Assembly (NCBI GenBank): GCA_043802485.1
Contig: JAZDKZ010000005.1
Span: 15,485-79,484 of the forward strand
DNA length: 64,000 nucleotides
From: Candidatus Aenigmatarchaeota archaeon
GTDB lineage: Archaea; Aenigmatarchaeota; Aenigmatarchaeia; Aenigmatarchaeales; Aenigmatarchaeaceae
Reading direction: 5' to 3'
Shown: piece after piece, positions 26,750-36,157 of the stretch
Layout of the letters: the number at the start of each line of letters is the position of its first letter
How positions within the stretch are numbered: the stretch's first letter is position 1
Notes under the pieces: model-generated
The model's input: the letters and a program-made list of their open reading frames with translations, nothing else
Databases searched by the model: none
Told to the model about the DNA's origin: nothing
Translations under genes and position numbers: made by a program

Positions 26750-28036
26750 TCATTTTAGTTTTTCCAGCTTCTTTATCCCGCACATATATGGTAAAAGAAC
26801 TTTCGGAATGAGAACTGTCCCGTCCTTCTGCTGGTACTGCTCTATTATAGAGACCATAATCCTGGAAGTTGCCAGAGCCGTATTGTTCAAGGTGTGCACA
26901 TAACCAGCAGGAGCCTGGCCTTCTTTTTCTCTGTACTTTATGTTGAGCCTTCTTGCCTGATAGTCGGTGCAGTTGGAATTGGAGCCTGTCTCCCTGAACA
27001 CGCCGTCAGCCATCCAAGAAAGTATGTCATACTTCTTGGCAGCTATGCTGCCAATGTCTCCAGTGCATACGTTGACAACCTGATAGTGCAGCCCCAAGCC
27101 TTGGTAAAGTTCCTCAGAATTCTTCTGCAACTCTTCGTGGTACTTCCAAGAATTCTTCGGCTGGCAGAATATGAACTGCTCAACTTTGTTGAATTGGTGG
27201 ACACGGAAAAGGCCTCTGGTGTACTTGCCGTGCGCTCCAATCTCCCTTCTAAAGTTGGTGCTCAAGCCGACAAACTTTAACGGCAAATCATCCTTGTTCA
27301 GAACTTCTCCTTTGAACATCGAACCCACAGGATGCTCGGCCGTTGCAATCATGTACAAATCATCATTTTCAATCTTGTACATAACGCTCTCGAAATCGGC
27401 TAGGTCGACCATGCCCTCGTAAGCGTCCCTTCTCATCATGTGTGGAGGTATGACAAAAACATAGCCCTTCTTGACAAGCGATTCGACCGCGTACCTTATT
27501 ATCGCCTGGTCAAGCAAAGCCAACGAACCTTTCAGATAGTAGAATCCGGAACCAGCAATCTTTGCCGCTCGCTCCTCGTCCAATAAACCCAGATTAGTAA
27601 CAATGTCGGCATGATTCTTCGGCTCGAAATCGAACTGCGGCTTCTTGCCCCAGGCCTTTAGAATAACATTGTTGTCCTCACCCTCTCCGACAGGAACCGA
27701 CTCATGTAATATGTTCGGAATCCTCATCATGGCATAGTCAATCTTTTCCTTCAGCTCCTCCATTTCATCTTCCGAGATATTTAGCTTGTCTGGTATATCC
27801 TTGGCTTCCTGCATCTTGGAGGAAGCGTCTTTTTTCTCCTTCTTCAGTTTGGATATCTCCTTGGAAAGGCTGTTCCTCTTGTGCTTGAGGTCTTCGACCT
27901 GCTGCAGGAGCTCCCTGTATTTCTTGTCGTTTGCTATCAGGTCGTTTAGCATCTTTATTTTCTCTGGGTCCTTTCTCTTCTTCAGGTCGTCCATAACGAC
28001 CTTGGGGTTCTCCCTTATCAGTTTTATGTCAAGCAT
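26750..28036 (-). CDS. serS: seryl-tRNA synthetase
   Basis: MLDIKLIR, IPN, IATAEHP, FRREIG, GLFRVHQF.KVEQF, SNCTDYQARRL, HTLN.T.LA..R. Confidence 0.97.
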   Translation of the reverse strand: MLDIKLIRENPKVVMDDLKKRKDPEKIKMLNDLIANDKKYRELLQQVEDLKHKRNSLSKEISKLKKEKKDASSKMQEAKDIPDKLNISEDEMEELKEKIDYAMMRIPNILHESVPVGEGEDNNVILKAWGKKPQFDFEPKNHADIVTNLGLLDEERAAKIAGSGFYYLKGSLALLDQAIIRYAVESLVKKGYVFVIPPHMMRRDAYEGMVDLADFESVMYKIENDDLYMIATAEHPVGSMFKGEVLNKDDLPLKFVGLSTNFRREIGAHGKYTRGLFRVHQFNKVEQFIFCQPKNSWKYHEELQKNSEELYQGLGLHYQVVNVCTGDIGSIAAKKYDILSWMADGVFRETGSNSNCTDYQARRLNIKYREKEGQAPAGYVHTLNNTALATSRIMVSIIEQYQQKDGTVLIPKVLLPYMCGIKKLEKLK

Positions 28037-28049
28037 GTTATCACAATAA

Positions 28050-29126
28050 TTATCTTGTTATCTTGGCTTTCTTCATGACCTCATGAAGTTCTCTTGCTTT
28101 CTTGTTCTTTTCAAAATGGTCACGAACAGGTTCTATTAGTTTGTCAATGTAAATAGCCACAGCATTCTTCAGGTCGAGTGGAAAAAGCTTTCCTGATGCA
28201 TAGTCCTTGCTCAGTTCTTCATAGCTTGTGTATGTCACGTCGCCACCGAACTTGGCAGGCCTCTCTATCTTTATTTTATCGAACCTTTCAAAAATAATAT
28301 ACTTGCAGTATTCGAGTATGGGATTCTCGTCGACCTGCTTATCCGGGCAGTATGCTGCCCTTATTTTCTTGGTTATCTCATCATTCGTGTCTGTCATGAA
28401 GATTGCCGAGCTCGGTATCGACTTTGACATCTTCATTGCAATCTTCCTTTCAATAGAATCCTTTATATCAAACGCAGGAGCTGAAAGCCCCATAAGCATG
28501 TGATAGTTAAGAACAACAGGTTTCTTCAAACCCAGTTTGGGAGCAATCTCCCTGGCAAGCATGTTCACCTTTCTCTGGTCCATCCCTAGGTTTGTTATAT
28601 CAACATCAAGCTCGAAAATGTCAGAAGTCTGCATGCAAGGATATAATATCTGAGCAGCGCTTAGATTGTCCTTCTCGCTTCTTCCCATTATCTGCACTGT
28701 CCTTAGAACTCTGCTTAGTGTGACCTCTCTCCCTATACTGACAACCCTTTTCCAATAGTCCTCTTTTCCCATAACTTCTTTTGACCATATGAACTCGACC
28801 TTGTCAGTGTCCATGCCACAAGCCTTCCACACTTCTATAAAGTACTCTCCGGCAGTCCTGATTTTTTCCATGTCGCCTCCCATCTTGTTGTTCATCCAGG
28901 CGAACCAGTCTGCAACCCAGAATTTGAACTTACAGCCAGCATCAAGAAGTTTGTTAGTGTTGATGGCCCTCATAATACCTTGTGCTATGTGCATTTGGCC
29001 AGAAGGCTCGAAGCCGTCATAAACAATAGGATGTTTATTGGTTTGAAGGAGCTGTCTCAGCTCCTCCTCTGTAATTATCTCCTCTCCAACGCTTTTTATG
29101 AGCTCTAATCTTTTCTCGACATCCAT
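28050..29126 (-). CDS. tyrS: tyrosyl-tRNA synthetase (archaeal type)
   Basis: YDGFEPSG.MHIAQ, YP.MQ..D, GMDQRK, KMSKS. Confidence 0.96.
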   Translation of the reverse strand: MDVEKRLELIKSVGEEIITEEELRQLLQTNKHPIVYDGFEPSGQMHIAQGIMRAINTNKLLDAGCKFKFWVADWFAWMNNKMGGDMEKIRTAGEYFIEVWKACGMDTDKVEFIWSKEVMGKEDYWKRVVSIGREVTLSRVLRTVQIMGRSEKDNLSAAQILYPCMQTSDIFELDVDITNLGMDQRKVNMLAREIAPKLGLKKPVVLNYHMLMGLSAPAFDIKDSIERKIAMKMSKSIPSSAIFMTDTNDEITKKIRAAYCPDKQVDENPILEYCKYIIFERFDKIKIERPAKFGGDVTYTSYEELSKDYASGKLFPLDLKNAVAIYIDKLIEPVRDHFEKNKKARELHEVMKKAKITR

Positions 29127-29187
29127 CTAATCACTATTATCATTTTGAGTCGCATGATATAAATATTTGAAATTCGATTAAAGTTTT

Positions 29188-29313
29188 ATGGAAAATTTCG
29201 AGTGCTGGATGCCTGACTGGAACTATCTGAACAAGGTCTGTAAAAAGGCGGTCAAGGACATGAAGCAGCATTTTCCAACAAGCCAGAATCATATAGCCCT
29301 GTGCCGCCTATGA
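29188..29313 (+). pseudogene. possible N-terminal remnant of an archaeal phosphoribosyltransferase
   Basis: MENFECWMPDWNYLNKVCKKAVKDMK...IALCR* resembles 'f.c...sW......c..la..i....kPd.iial.RGG'; an alternative frame gives NKPE. Confidence 0.35.
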
Positions 29314-29393
29314 AGCCTATTTCAACCTTTTCCATAAACCTTATGAATATTGGGAAAATATTAATTTATCTATTCCAACTGGTTAAGATTAAT

Positions 29394-30635
29394 ATGAATT
29401 TAAAATGTTTGGGTGGTTTCAGGGAAGTGGGCAAGAATGCCGTCTTGGTTGACACCAAGAAGAAGATAATGTTCGACTACGGCATAAAGGTAGAGACAGG
29501 CGAGCCTCCGCTCAAAACGGACAAGGTCGACGCAATAGTGCTGAACCACGCTCACCTGGACCATGTGGGTTCTGTACCGTCCCTATACAAGAAGCAGAAA
29601 CCAGACATCATATCAACATCAACAACGTTCGATCTGGCCCATCTCATAATAAAGGACAGCTTAAAGGTGGCCAGAATAAGGGGCATGACAAAGCATTTTG
29701 ACAAGAGTGACATTGAGAAGATGAAGAAAAAGGAAATCATGATAACCTACGGTCAGAAATACGAGACTGAAGACTATACGATGGAGTTCTTCAACGCGGG
29801 CCACATACCAGGCAGCTTCTGCTGCCTGCTGGAAATAGGCGGCAAGAGGCTATTCTATACTTCCGATTTTAACACCAACGATTCAAGGCTGCTGAAAGGC
29901 GCGAACATAAAGGTGAAGGACATCGACGTCCTGATAATGGAGAGCACGTATTCCAACAGGGAGCACCCTCCAAGAAAGGATACTGAAAAGAAGTTCTTCG
30001 AGGCTGTGCAGGACACCATCTCTAATGAAGGAGTCGCAGTGATACCTTCATTCGCTATCGGCCGAGCTGCCGAGGTACTCATGGTTCTGGATTCTTTCAA
30101 GCATGATTTTCCCATATATCTGGACGGCATGGCAAGAGTAGCCACAGAATTGTCGTTAGAGCATCCGGAATTCATCAGGGACCCGAAGGCATTGAAAAAC
30201 GCGTTCAGAAGGGTCAAGGTGGTTGAAAGCGATTTGATGAGGAAGAAGATAACCAAAACCCCTTGCGCGATCGTCACGACTTCCGGTTTATTGGAAGGCG
30301 GCCCATCTGTCAGGTATGTCAAGTCGCTTTACAACAACGTCGAGAGCTCTATAATATTCACAGGCTTCTTGATTCCAAAGACCGCAGGCAGATATCTGGT
30401 CGACACGGGCAGGTTCGTGACAGAGGGCTTTGACCTGAAGATAAAGATGGGCATAGAAAAAATGGATTTCTCTGCGCACACTGGAAGAGACGGCCTGTTC
30501 AATTTTGTCAACAAGATGAACCCGGAGAAGGTGATATGCATGCACGGGGACTATTGTGAGAGGTTTGCAAGCGAGCTCAGGGGAAGGGGTTTTGACGCCA
30601 TCGCTCCTGTGAACGGGGACGTTGTAAACATCTAG
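29394..30635 (+). CDS. beta-CASP metallo-beta-lactamase ribonuclease (aCPSF2-like, no KH domains)
   Basis: LGG..EVG, D.G, HAHLDH, AGHIPGS, ESTY, P.FAIGR..E, FSAH, MHG. Confidence 0.9.
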   Translation: MNLKCLGGFREVGKNAVLVDTKKKIMFDYGIKVETGEPPLKTDKVDAIVLNHAHLDHVGSVPSLYKKQKPDIISTSTTFDLAHLIIKDSLKVARIRGMTKHFDKSDIEKMKKKEIMITYGQKYETEDYTMEFFNAGHIPGSFCCLLEIGGKRLFYTSDFNTNDSRLLKGANIKVKDIDVLIMESTYSNREHPPRKDTEKKFFEAVQDTISNEGVAVIPSFAIGRAAEVLMVLDSFKHDFPIYLDGMARVATELSLEHPEFIRDPKALKNAFRRVKVVESDLMRKKITKTPCAIVTTSGLLEGGPSVRYVKSLYNNVESSIIFTGFLIPKTAGRYLVDTGRFVTEGFDLKIKMGIEKMDFSAHTGRDGLFNFVNKMNPEKVICMHGDYCERFASELRGRGFDAIAPVNGDVVNI

Positions 30636-30666
30636 TTTTTTATGATAGGGTTTCTAAATTAGGTAT

Positions 30667-31158
30667 ATGGCTGTAAAAATACGAAAGTTCAGTTTAATTC
30701 ACGCCAAGGATTACAAGAAGATTCTTGACAACAAGGATATAAAATGGCATGGAAAGTATACAGTCAAACCGATTCCGTTGTCTGACATAAAGAAATATAT
30801 CAGGCAACAGATGAAGATAAAAAATTATTGTGAATTCGCAATAATTGTTGATGATAAATTTGTTGGAACGATAAGTATAGAAAAAATAGACAAATTAAAT
30901 AAAAACGCTAACATTGGTTACTGGGTAGCAAAATCTTACAGGGGCAAAGGCATAGCGACAAAAGCAGTCAAACTGGCTGTTAAATTTGGTTTCAGTAAAT
31001 TCAAGCTAAAAAGGATTTACGCTACTGTTAGAAAAGACAACGTTGCTTCATGTAAGGTTTTAGAGAATGTAGGGTTTGATAGAGAAGGCTTACTAAGAAA
31101 GAGTGTTTTCAGAAAAGGAAAATTCTATGACGAGCGTCTTTATTCTGTTTTAAAATGA
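30667..31158 (+). CDS. GNAT acetyltransferase (RimJ/RimL-like)
   Basis: IGYWV...YRGKGIAT.A, N.AS.KVLE..GF..EG.LR. Confidence 0.9.
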   Translation: MAVKIRKFSLIHAKDYKKILDNKDIKWHGKYTVKPIPLSDIKKYIRQQMKIKNYCEFAIIVDDKFVGTISIEKIDKLNKNANIGYWVAKSYRGKGIATKAVKLAVKFGFSKFKLKRIYATVRKDNVASCKVLENVGFDREGLLRKSVFRKGKFYDERLYSVLK

Positions 31159-31160
31159 AT

Positions 31161-31922
31161 TCACTTTCTGTTAACTATCCATATCATTTCTCTACTTTTT
31201 TCATTAATCCTATGCCTATTAAAGTCACCATAAACATTTTTGACTTTAAACCCACAGAGTTCCAATAAATATTTAATCTCGGTAAAAAAACAATATCTCA
31301 AAGTTATCCTATTTCTTTTCTCATAGATTTTTCTATTATTTTTAATTTTTTTTATAATATATTCAGAATAAGATATCTGATTAAGTCTGTCTATTCTAGA
31401 CTTGTAATAAAGTTTTATGGTTTCTTTGTTTTTCTTGTCAAAAAATGTTTTTAATAGTTCTTCTTTAGAATTCTGTTGTGATATTATTTTACAATCTGGA
31501 ACAAAAATATTAAAAATCAATCTGCCCCCTTTTTTCAAATGCCTTTTACAACAAAGAAGAGTGTTTTTTTGGTCTTTATCCGTAACTGCATTTAGGAAGC
31601 TTCTGTTAGCTATTATAATCAAATCAAATTTCTTTCTCAAATTGAATTTTTTCATGTCTCTTTGTAAAAATTTGACTTTGTTTCCCAAACCATCTGCTTT
31701 AGCCTTATTTCTAGCAATGTCAATCATTTTCTTTGACATATCAATACCAACTACCTTAATACCTTTTTTTGCTATTGGTATTGCCAAGCGTCCTGTTCCA
31801 CAACCTACATCTAGTACTGTACTGGATTTAGAAGCTTCTTTTTGATAGAATTTCAAATCCCCTTCATTTCCCTTATGAAACATATCATAGTATTTTGCTA
31901 TAGAGTCAAATTCGCTTTTCAT
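31161..31922 (-). CDS. class I SAM-dependent methyltransferase (very AT-rich)
   Basis: VLDVGCGTGR, GID.S..M, DM..F.L...FD, HLK.GG.L, YGDF. Confidence 0.9.
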   Translation of the reverse strand: MKSEFDSIAKYYDMFHKGNEGDLKFYQKEASKSSTVLDVGCGTGRLAIPIAKKGIKVVGIDMSKKMIDIARNKAKADGLGNKVKFLQRDMKKFNLRKKFDLIIIANRSFLNAVTDKDQKNTLLCCKRHLKKGGRLIFNIFVPDCKIISQQNSKEELLKTFFDKKNKETIKLYYKSRIDRLNQISYSEYIIKKIKNNRKIYEKRNRITLRYCFFTEIKYLLELCGFKVKNVYGDFNRHRINEKSREMIWIVNRK

Positions 31923-32007
31923 ATTGAATATATTGAAGAACCGTCTTTTAAATCCTGTGTGGTTTGAACAAAACTGTGAACCTATTCATGAGGACTCTAA
32001 GTATGAA

Positions 32008-32886
32008 TTATTCTATGGGTTGAAAAACATTAGTTATGGTAAAGTCAATCCAATATAATCCTCTACAATTAGGCACATTCTCTATCAAGTCGTTCCCTAT
32101 CTGACCTGCAGGGTCGTCAAACGTTTCCCATAAATGTTTGTCGATCTCATAACCGTACTGGAAGCCGACTTCAGCATCGGAGAAATGTTCTCCCCACATT
32201 TGGAAATCCTCCAACATTTCTGAATAGCTTTCAAACTCCTGGCTGTCTGATATGAAGACAACGTCTTCAGGATATGATTTAGGCATCTTTTCTATTTCCC
32301 AGTGCTTTAGGAACAATTTGTAATCCGGATTATATGTCTTCACTTTGTCAAGCCATGCTTTCGCTTCATTGCTTGTTACAGGTCTGCCGTCTTCATAATT
32401 TCCGACATCAATCCACTCCACATCAACACCGAACCCGATAACAGAAGGATGATTTTTGTACCTGCTAAGGACCAAATCGATAAGCGTTCCTACATCGGCT
32501 TTGGCAGGTTCCACCTGCAGCCAAATGTTCAGTCCTGCCGCATCAAAAGCATCAAGGTATTCTTCGTTCATGTCGGTTTCGGAAAATGTGATGTGTTCAA
32601 TCATGTTGTCTTCGCCAGGAAACTGCAGATTGCACATGTCCAATCCTTGTTTTGTTCCAACAATCCATATGCCTGCCGGCACATAGCCTTCAAACTTGGA
32701 GGACATTTGGTTTGCAACATCTATCCAGTATTCAGGACCCTGCTCTTGCTGATAACCGTATTCCGAGGACCTCCAGCCAGCCATGCCAGAATCGGTTAGT
32801 ACAGGCTTGTCCCCACTTTGTGCAAAGTATAGAAAAATGATTGATGCAACAATGAACAAAAGTGCAACTAATGCTATTTTTCTCAT
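32008..32886 (-). CDS. membrane-anchored/secreted acidic protein, possible glycoside-hydrolase-like TIM barrel
   Basis: N-terminal signal anchor; WLQVEP; GFGVDVEW resembles the GH18 DxE strand. Confidence 0.55.
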   Translation of the reverse strand: MRKIALVALLFIVASIIFLYFAQSGDKPVLTDSGMAGWRSSEYGYQQEQGPEYWIDVANQMSSKFEGYVPAGIWIVGTKQGLDMCNLQFPGEDNMIEHITFSETDMNEEYLDAFDAAGLNIWLQVEPAKADVGTLIDLVLSRYKNHPSVIGFGVDVEWIDVGNYEDGRPVTSNEAKAWLDKVKTYNPDYKLFLKHWEIEKMPKSYPEDVVFISDSQEFESYSEMLEDFQMWGEHFSDAEVGFQYGYEIDKHLWETFDDPAGQIGNDLIENVPNCRGLYWIDFTITNVFQPIE

Positions 32887-32922
32887 AAAGAACAACTTGG
32901 TCTGCTTCCTATTTATTGAAAG

Positions 32923-35900
32923 CTATTTTTTCTTCTTGGTTACTTTCTTATTATCTATTTTGTTTTGCTTCTTGTTTCTGATAATTCTAAAGGCCATAAA
33001 AGTAACAGGCATTGCCATAATAGCTACAACAGCAAGTCCTATGGGCGTTGTAAAGACTGAAAACAAACCCGTTGCCTGCGATTGGTCATCACATTCCATG
33101 AATTCCATGGACGTGTCAGGTTCAGTGCCGCATTCGTTCGAATCGACGCATGTTCTTATCTGGCTGCCTTCCCTGCAGGCAGACCACCCTGAACATATCC
33201 ACTCCTCTATGCATGGCTCTTCTGTTGAAATCAACTCTTCTTCTGGCTCTTCTGTTGTGGTTTCATTCGTATCAGCATTATCTTCGTCATCCTTTGTCGT
33301 TACAGGAGGCACGTAACCTCCGCCGCCCCCACCACCGCCTCCAGAAGGCAATGAATTGGAAGGCACTTGAACAGTCAACAATGACCATATTCCATCAAAA
33401 TTCGCCGTCCAGTTGGCTCCGCCGCTGGCGTTGAAGTTGTAATTGTGTTTTCCTAATTCACCGTTTGTTTCGTTGACAGAATAGCTGACATTGCCTGTGA
33501 CATTCCCTATCAGGAAGCCATCCCTTCTGAACTCGTAAAAAACATCAACATCGCCAACATTATTTTCTATTCCCGCTACCAATGCTTGTGATCCCAATAT
33601 AACAGTGTCTGATGGGTTAAAGCTAATTGACAGACTCAACACCCCTTTGTTGACAAATGCATAGTATTTGACGCCTGTTGCGTTGGAAGAGTAGTTGGCG
33701 TTGCCGGTGGCGTTGACCTTGTAAGTATAAGTCCCATTACCGAGCAATACCTGTTCGATTGCGTTTACAATCTGTGTTTCGTCTCTATACAGATATGCTG
33801 TACCAAACGCAGACATTGCTGTCGCGTTTATTGCTTCCGGATAGGTGTATGTGACGTTTGTGTTGTTGGTTCCGTTCAGGTAGAGGTAGACGGGATTGTC
33901 TGCTTTTGTGACTGTTATATTATATTCCTTTGAGAAATTGGTGGAATAATTCTGGTTGCCTGTTGTATTGAGAGTGTATTGCCAAGTCCCTGCTCCCAGC
34001 GTGACTTCTGTGTTGTTCTCTGAGATGCCAGTATCATTGCGGTAAAGGTTGCATGCACCTACAGTACACATACCTGTCACGTTTATCGGTGTGGCGTACA
34101 CTATGTCAACGTTCTGATTCATGTATTCTGTGCCGTTGTTAAAGTACAAGTCGGTAGGATTGACCGCCTTGTTTATTGTGAACATAAGAGTTTGTGTGGC
34201 GTTCTGGCTGTTGTTGGAGTCGTTGGCAACGAACCTGTATTGGTATGTGCCGGCTGCCATGGGTGTTGTGTTATAATAATAGTTCGGGTAAGTGCCGTTC
34301 ATTGAAGTGTTTACCAATGAGCCGGTAAAGTTGTTCTCAATGTATGCTCCGCTGAGCGAACTAGTATTGTTGCTCCATGTTATGCTAAAGTTGCTGTAGC
34401 CTGACGGCGTATAGCTGTTGACCAGCTGCGCTTGGCTGTTGCTCCATGAAAGCGACTTGTTTACAGGAATGAAATTGAAGCTGAACGTTTCAGTCGTATT
34501 TCCATTACCAGAAGTGTCATTGGCAAAGACCTTCCAGCCTACGACCTTTCCAAAAGGAACTGAATCGTTCCTCCATGTAAAGTTTGTCCATGCTTCGTAT
34601 GTCCTTGGGAACCTTGGGGAATTGTAATAATTAGAGGCATTGATAACCTTGTTCGAATAGTCTATTGTGAAATAGTCCAACATACTCCAGTTGTTTTGCG
34701 CAACTACTGTTATGTTGTGGAATCCTACATCGATTTGAATGTTCCAAAGTATCTGACTTCCCCATACATATCCCCAGACAGTGACATTGTCATCACCAAG
34801 AACAGTATGAGTGTCATTCACAAAGTTCTGAGCTGTAGGCAGAGTATATTGTGTATTGTCTATATAGTAAGCATAAGTGTTGGATAAAGGTGAGTAGCTA
34901 CTTGGGTCTGTCAGATTCATTCCACCAGTAAGAACCCTGAAAGTTATATTGTATCGATCTGTGGAAGGTATGAGAACGCCGACCGTCACACTGTCTCCAG
35001 CATCCGGCAAAGCAATGCTCGAGAAGCTGTCCGCTTCGAACTGGTCCTCGAGAGAGATGTTGCCGTTTATGTCAAGGTCGGAAACAGTCACATACATGTC
35101 CTCAAACTCGTTCCTCTTGGTGTAGTTTACCAGCTTCTCAAAACTAACAGCTGAACTGCCGTTAAAGGTCGTGTTGGCATCTATTATGTTCGAACCTATT
35201 GTGAACTTGCTTTCCTCGTCATTGGAAGCCTTAAGCCATGCAAACCTGGGCTCAATCCAACCCTCCCCAACACCGTCCTTCTCTATGGCCCTTGCTCCTA
35301 TGAAGTCATTTCCCTTCACCCACTCTATTATGCTATCATCAAATACACCTTCTGGGTATGCAAAGACCTTGGGGCAGTCTCCATCCAACCATCCACATAT
35401 GTCATTCTTGCTTTCGTTGATCTCTAAGCTGAGGTTAAGGCCAGGGTTGGCAGTCAGATTTAGACCACCTATAGGATGGGTCTTGGAATGGCAGGCTATA
35501 TCCATGCCGCCGGCATGCAGCGCCTGAACATCTGCAATACCCATGTAACCAGGATAGTAGTTATTGTTGATCGTGTAATTCGTTATTATGAAGAACGTGG
35601 CAGTAAAGCCATATCTCTTGAGAATTGGAAAGGCGTTATCGTATTGGTCCTTCCAGCCGTCGTCAAAGGTTATGACAACAGCCTTCTCAGGCAGCTTCTT
35701 GTTGCTGTTCATATACTCCAAAAGTTCGGCAAACGTTATGGTGTTGTAGTTGTTCTTGTACAAGTAGTCCATATGGGATATAAAGTCACTCACCTTCGTG
35801 TTGTAGGGTGATGGGTATGTTTCGCCTATACCGTGATAGTAGAGTATGGGCACCAGCTCTTCTGTATACTCTATAGGCTTTACATATTCTATCCAAACAC

Positions 35901-36099
35901 CTGTCTCGTTCGTAGAAAGAACGGCGGTTGACAGTGGTTCTGTACTGTTCCAGAAGACGCTGAGGACCGTATAGTTGCCTTCGACTGTAACCACGGTATT
36001 TGCCGCATTGGACGAATACGATGGCGCTGCTAAGGCTATGCTAGCAGTACCCAATATGATCATAAAACTGAATATAAGCAGTTTTAACTCCTTAGTCAT
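32923..36099 (-). CDS. surface-anchored polysaccharide deacetylase (CE4, PgaB/IcaB-like) with Ig-like stalk
   Basis: Signal peptide; VPILYYH, ITFDDG, CHSKTH, FAYPEG; Asn-rich repeats, poly-Gly linker, Cys module, TM, Lys tail. Confidence 0.85.
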   Translation of the reverse strand: MTKELKLLIFSFMIILGTASIALAAPSYSSNAANTVVTVEGNYTVLSVFWNSTEPLSTAVLSTNETGVWIEYVKPIEYTEELVPILYYHGIGETYPSPYNTKVSDFISHMDYLYKNNYNTITFAELLEYMNSNKKLPEKAVVITFDDGWKDQYDNAFPILKRYGFTATFFIITNYTINNNYYPGYMGIADVQALHAGGMDIACHSKTHPIGGLNLTANPGLNLSLEINESKNDICGWLDGDCPKVFAYPEGVFDDSIIEWVKGNDFIGARAIEKDGVGEGWIEPRFAWLKASNDEESKFTIGSNIIDANTTFNGSSAVSFEKLVNYTKRNEFEDMYVTVSDLDINGNISLEDQFEADSFSSIALPDAGDSVTVGVLIPSTDRYNITFRVLTGGMNLTDPSSYSPLSNTYAYYIDNTQYTLPTAQNFVNDTHTVLGDDNVTVWGYVWGSQILWNIQIDVGFHNITVVAQNNWSMLDYFTIDYSNKVINASNYYNSPRFPRTYEAWTNFTWRNDSVPFGKVVGWKVFANDTSGNGNTTETFSFNFIPVNKSLSWSNSQAQLVNSYTPSGYSNFSITWSNNTSSLSGAYIENNFTGSLVNTSMNGTYPNYYYNTTPMAAGTYQYRFVANDSNNSQNATQTLMFTINKAVNPTDLYFNNGTEYMNQNVDIVYATPINVTGMCTVGACNLYRNDTGISENNTEVTLGAGTWQYTLNTTGNQNYSTNFSKEYNITVTKADNPVYLYLNGTNNTNVTYTYPEAINATAMSAFGTAYLYRDETQIVNAIEQVLLGNGTYTYKVNATGNANYSSNATGVKYYAFVNKGVLSLSISFNPSDTVILGSQALVAGIENNVGDVDVFYEFRRDGFLIGNVTGNVSYSVNETNGELGKHNYNFNASGGANWTANFDGIWSLLTVQVPSNSLPSGGGGGGGGGYVPPVTTKDDEDNADTNETTTEEPEEELISTEEPCIEEWICSGWSACREGSQIRTCVDSNECGTEPDTSMEFMECDDQSQATGLFSVFTTPIGLAVVAIMAMPVTFMAFRIIRNKKQNKIDNKKVTKKKK

Positions 36100-36157
36100 A
36101 GTAACACTCAGACTTCTATTATGACCAAAGTTTTAAATAGCTATCTTCAGAGAAAAT

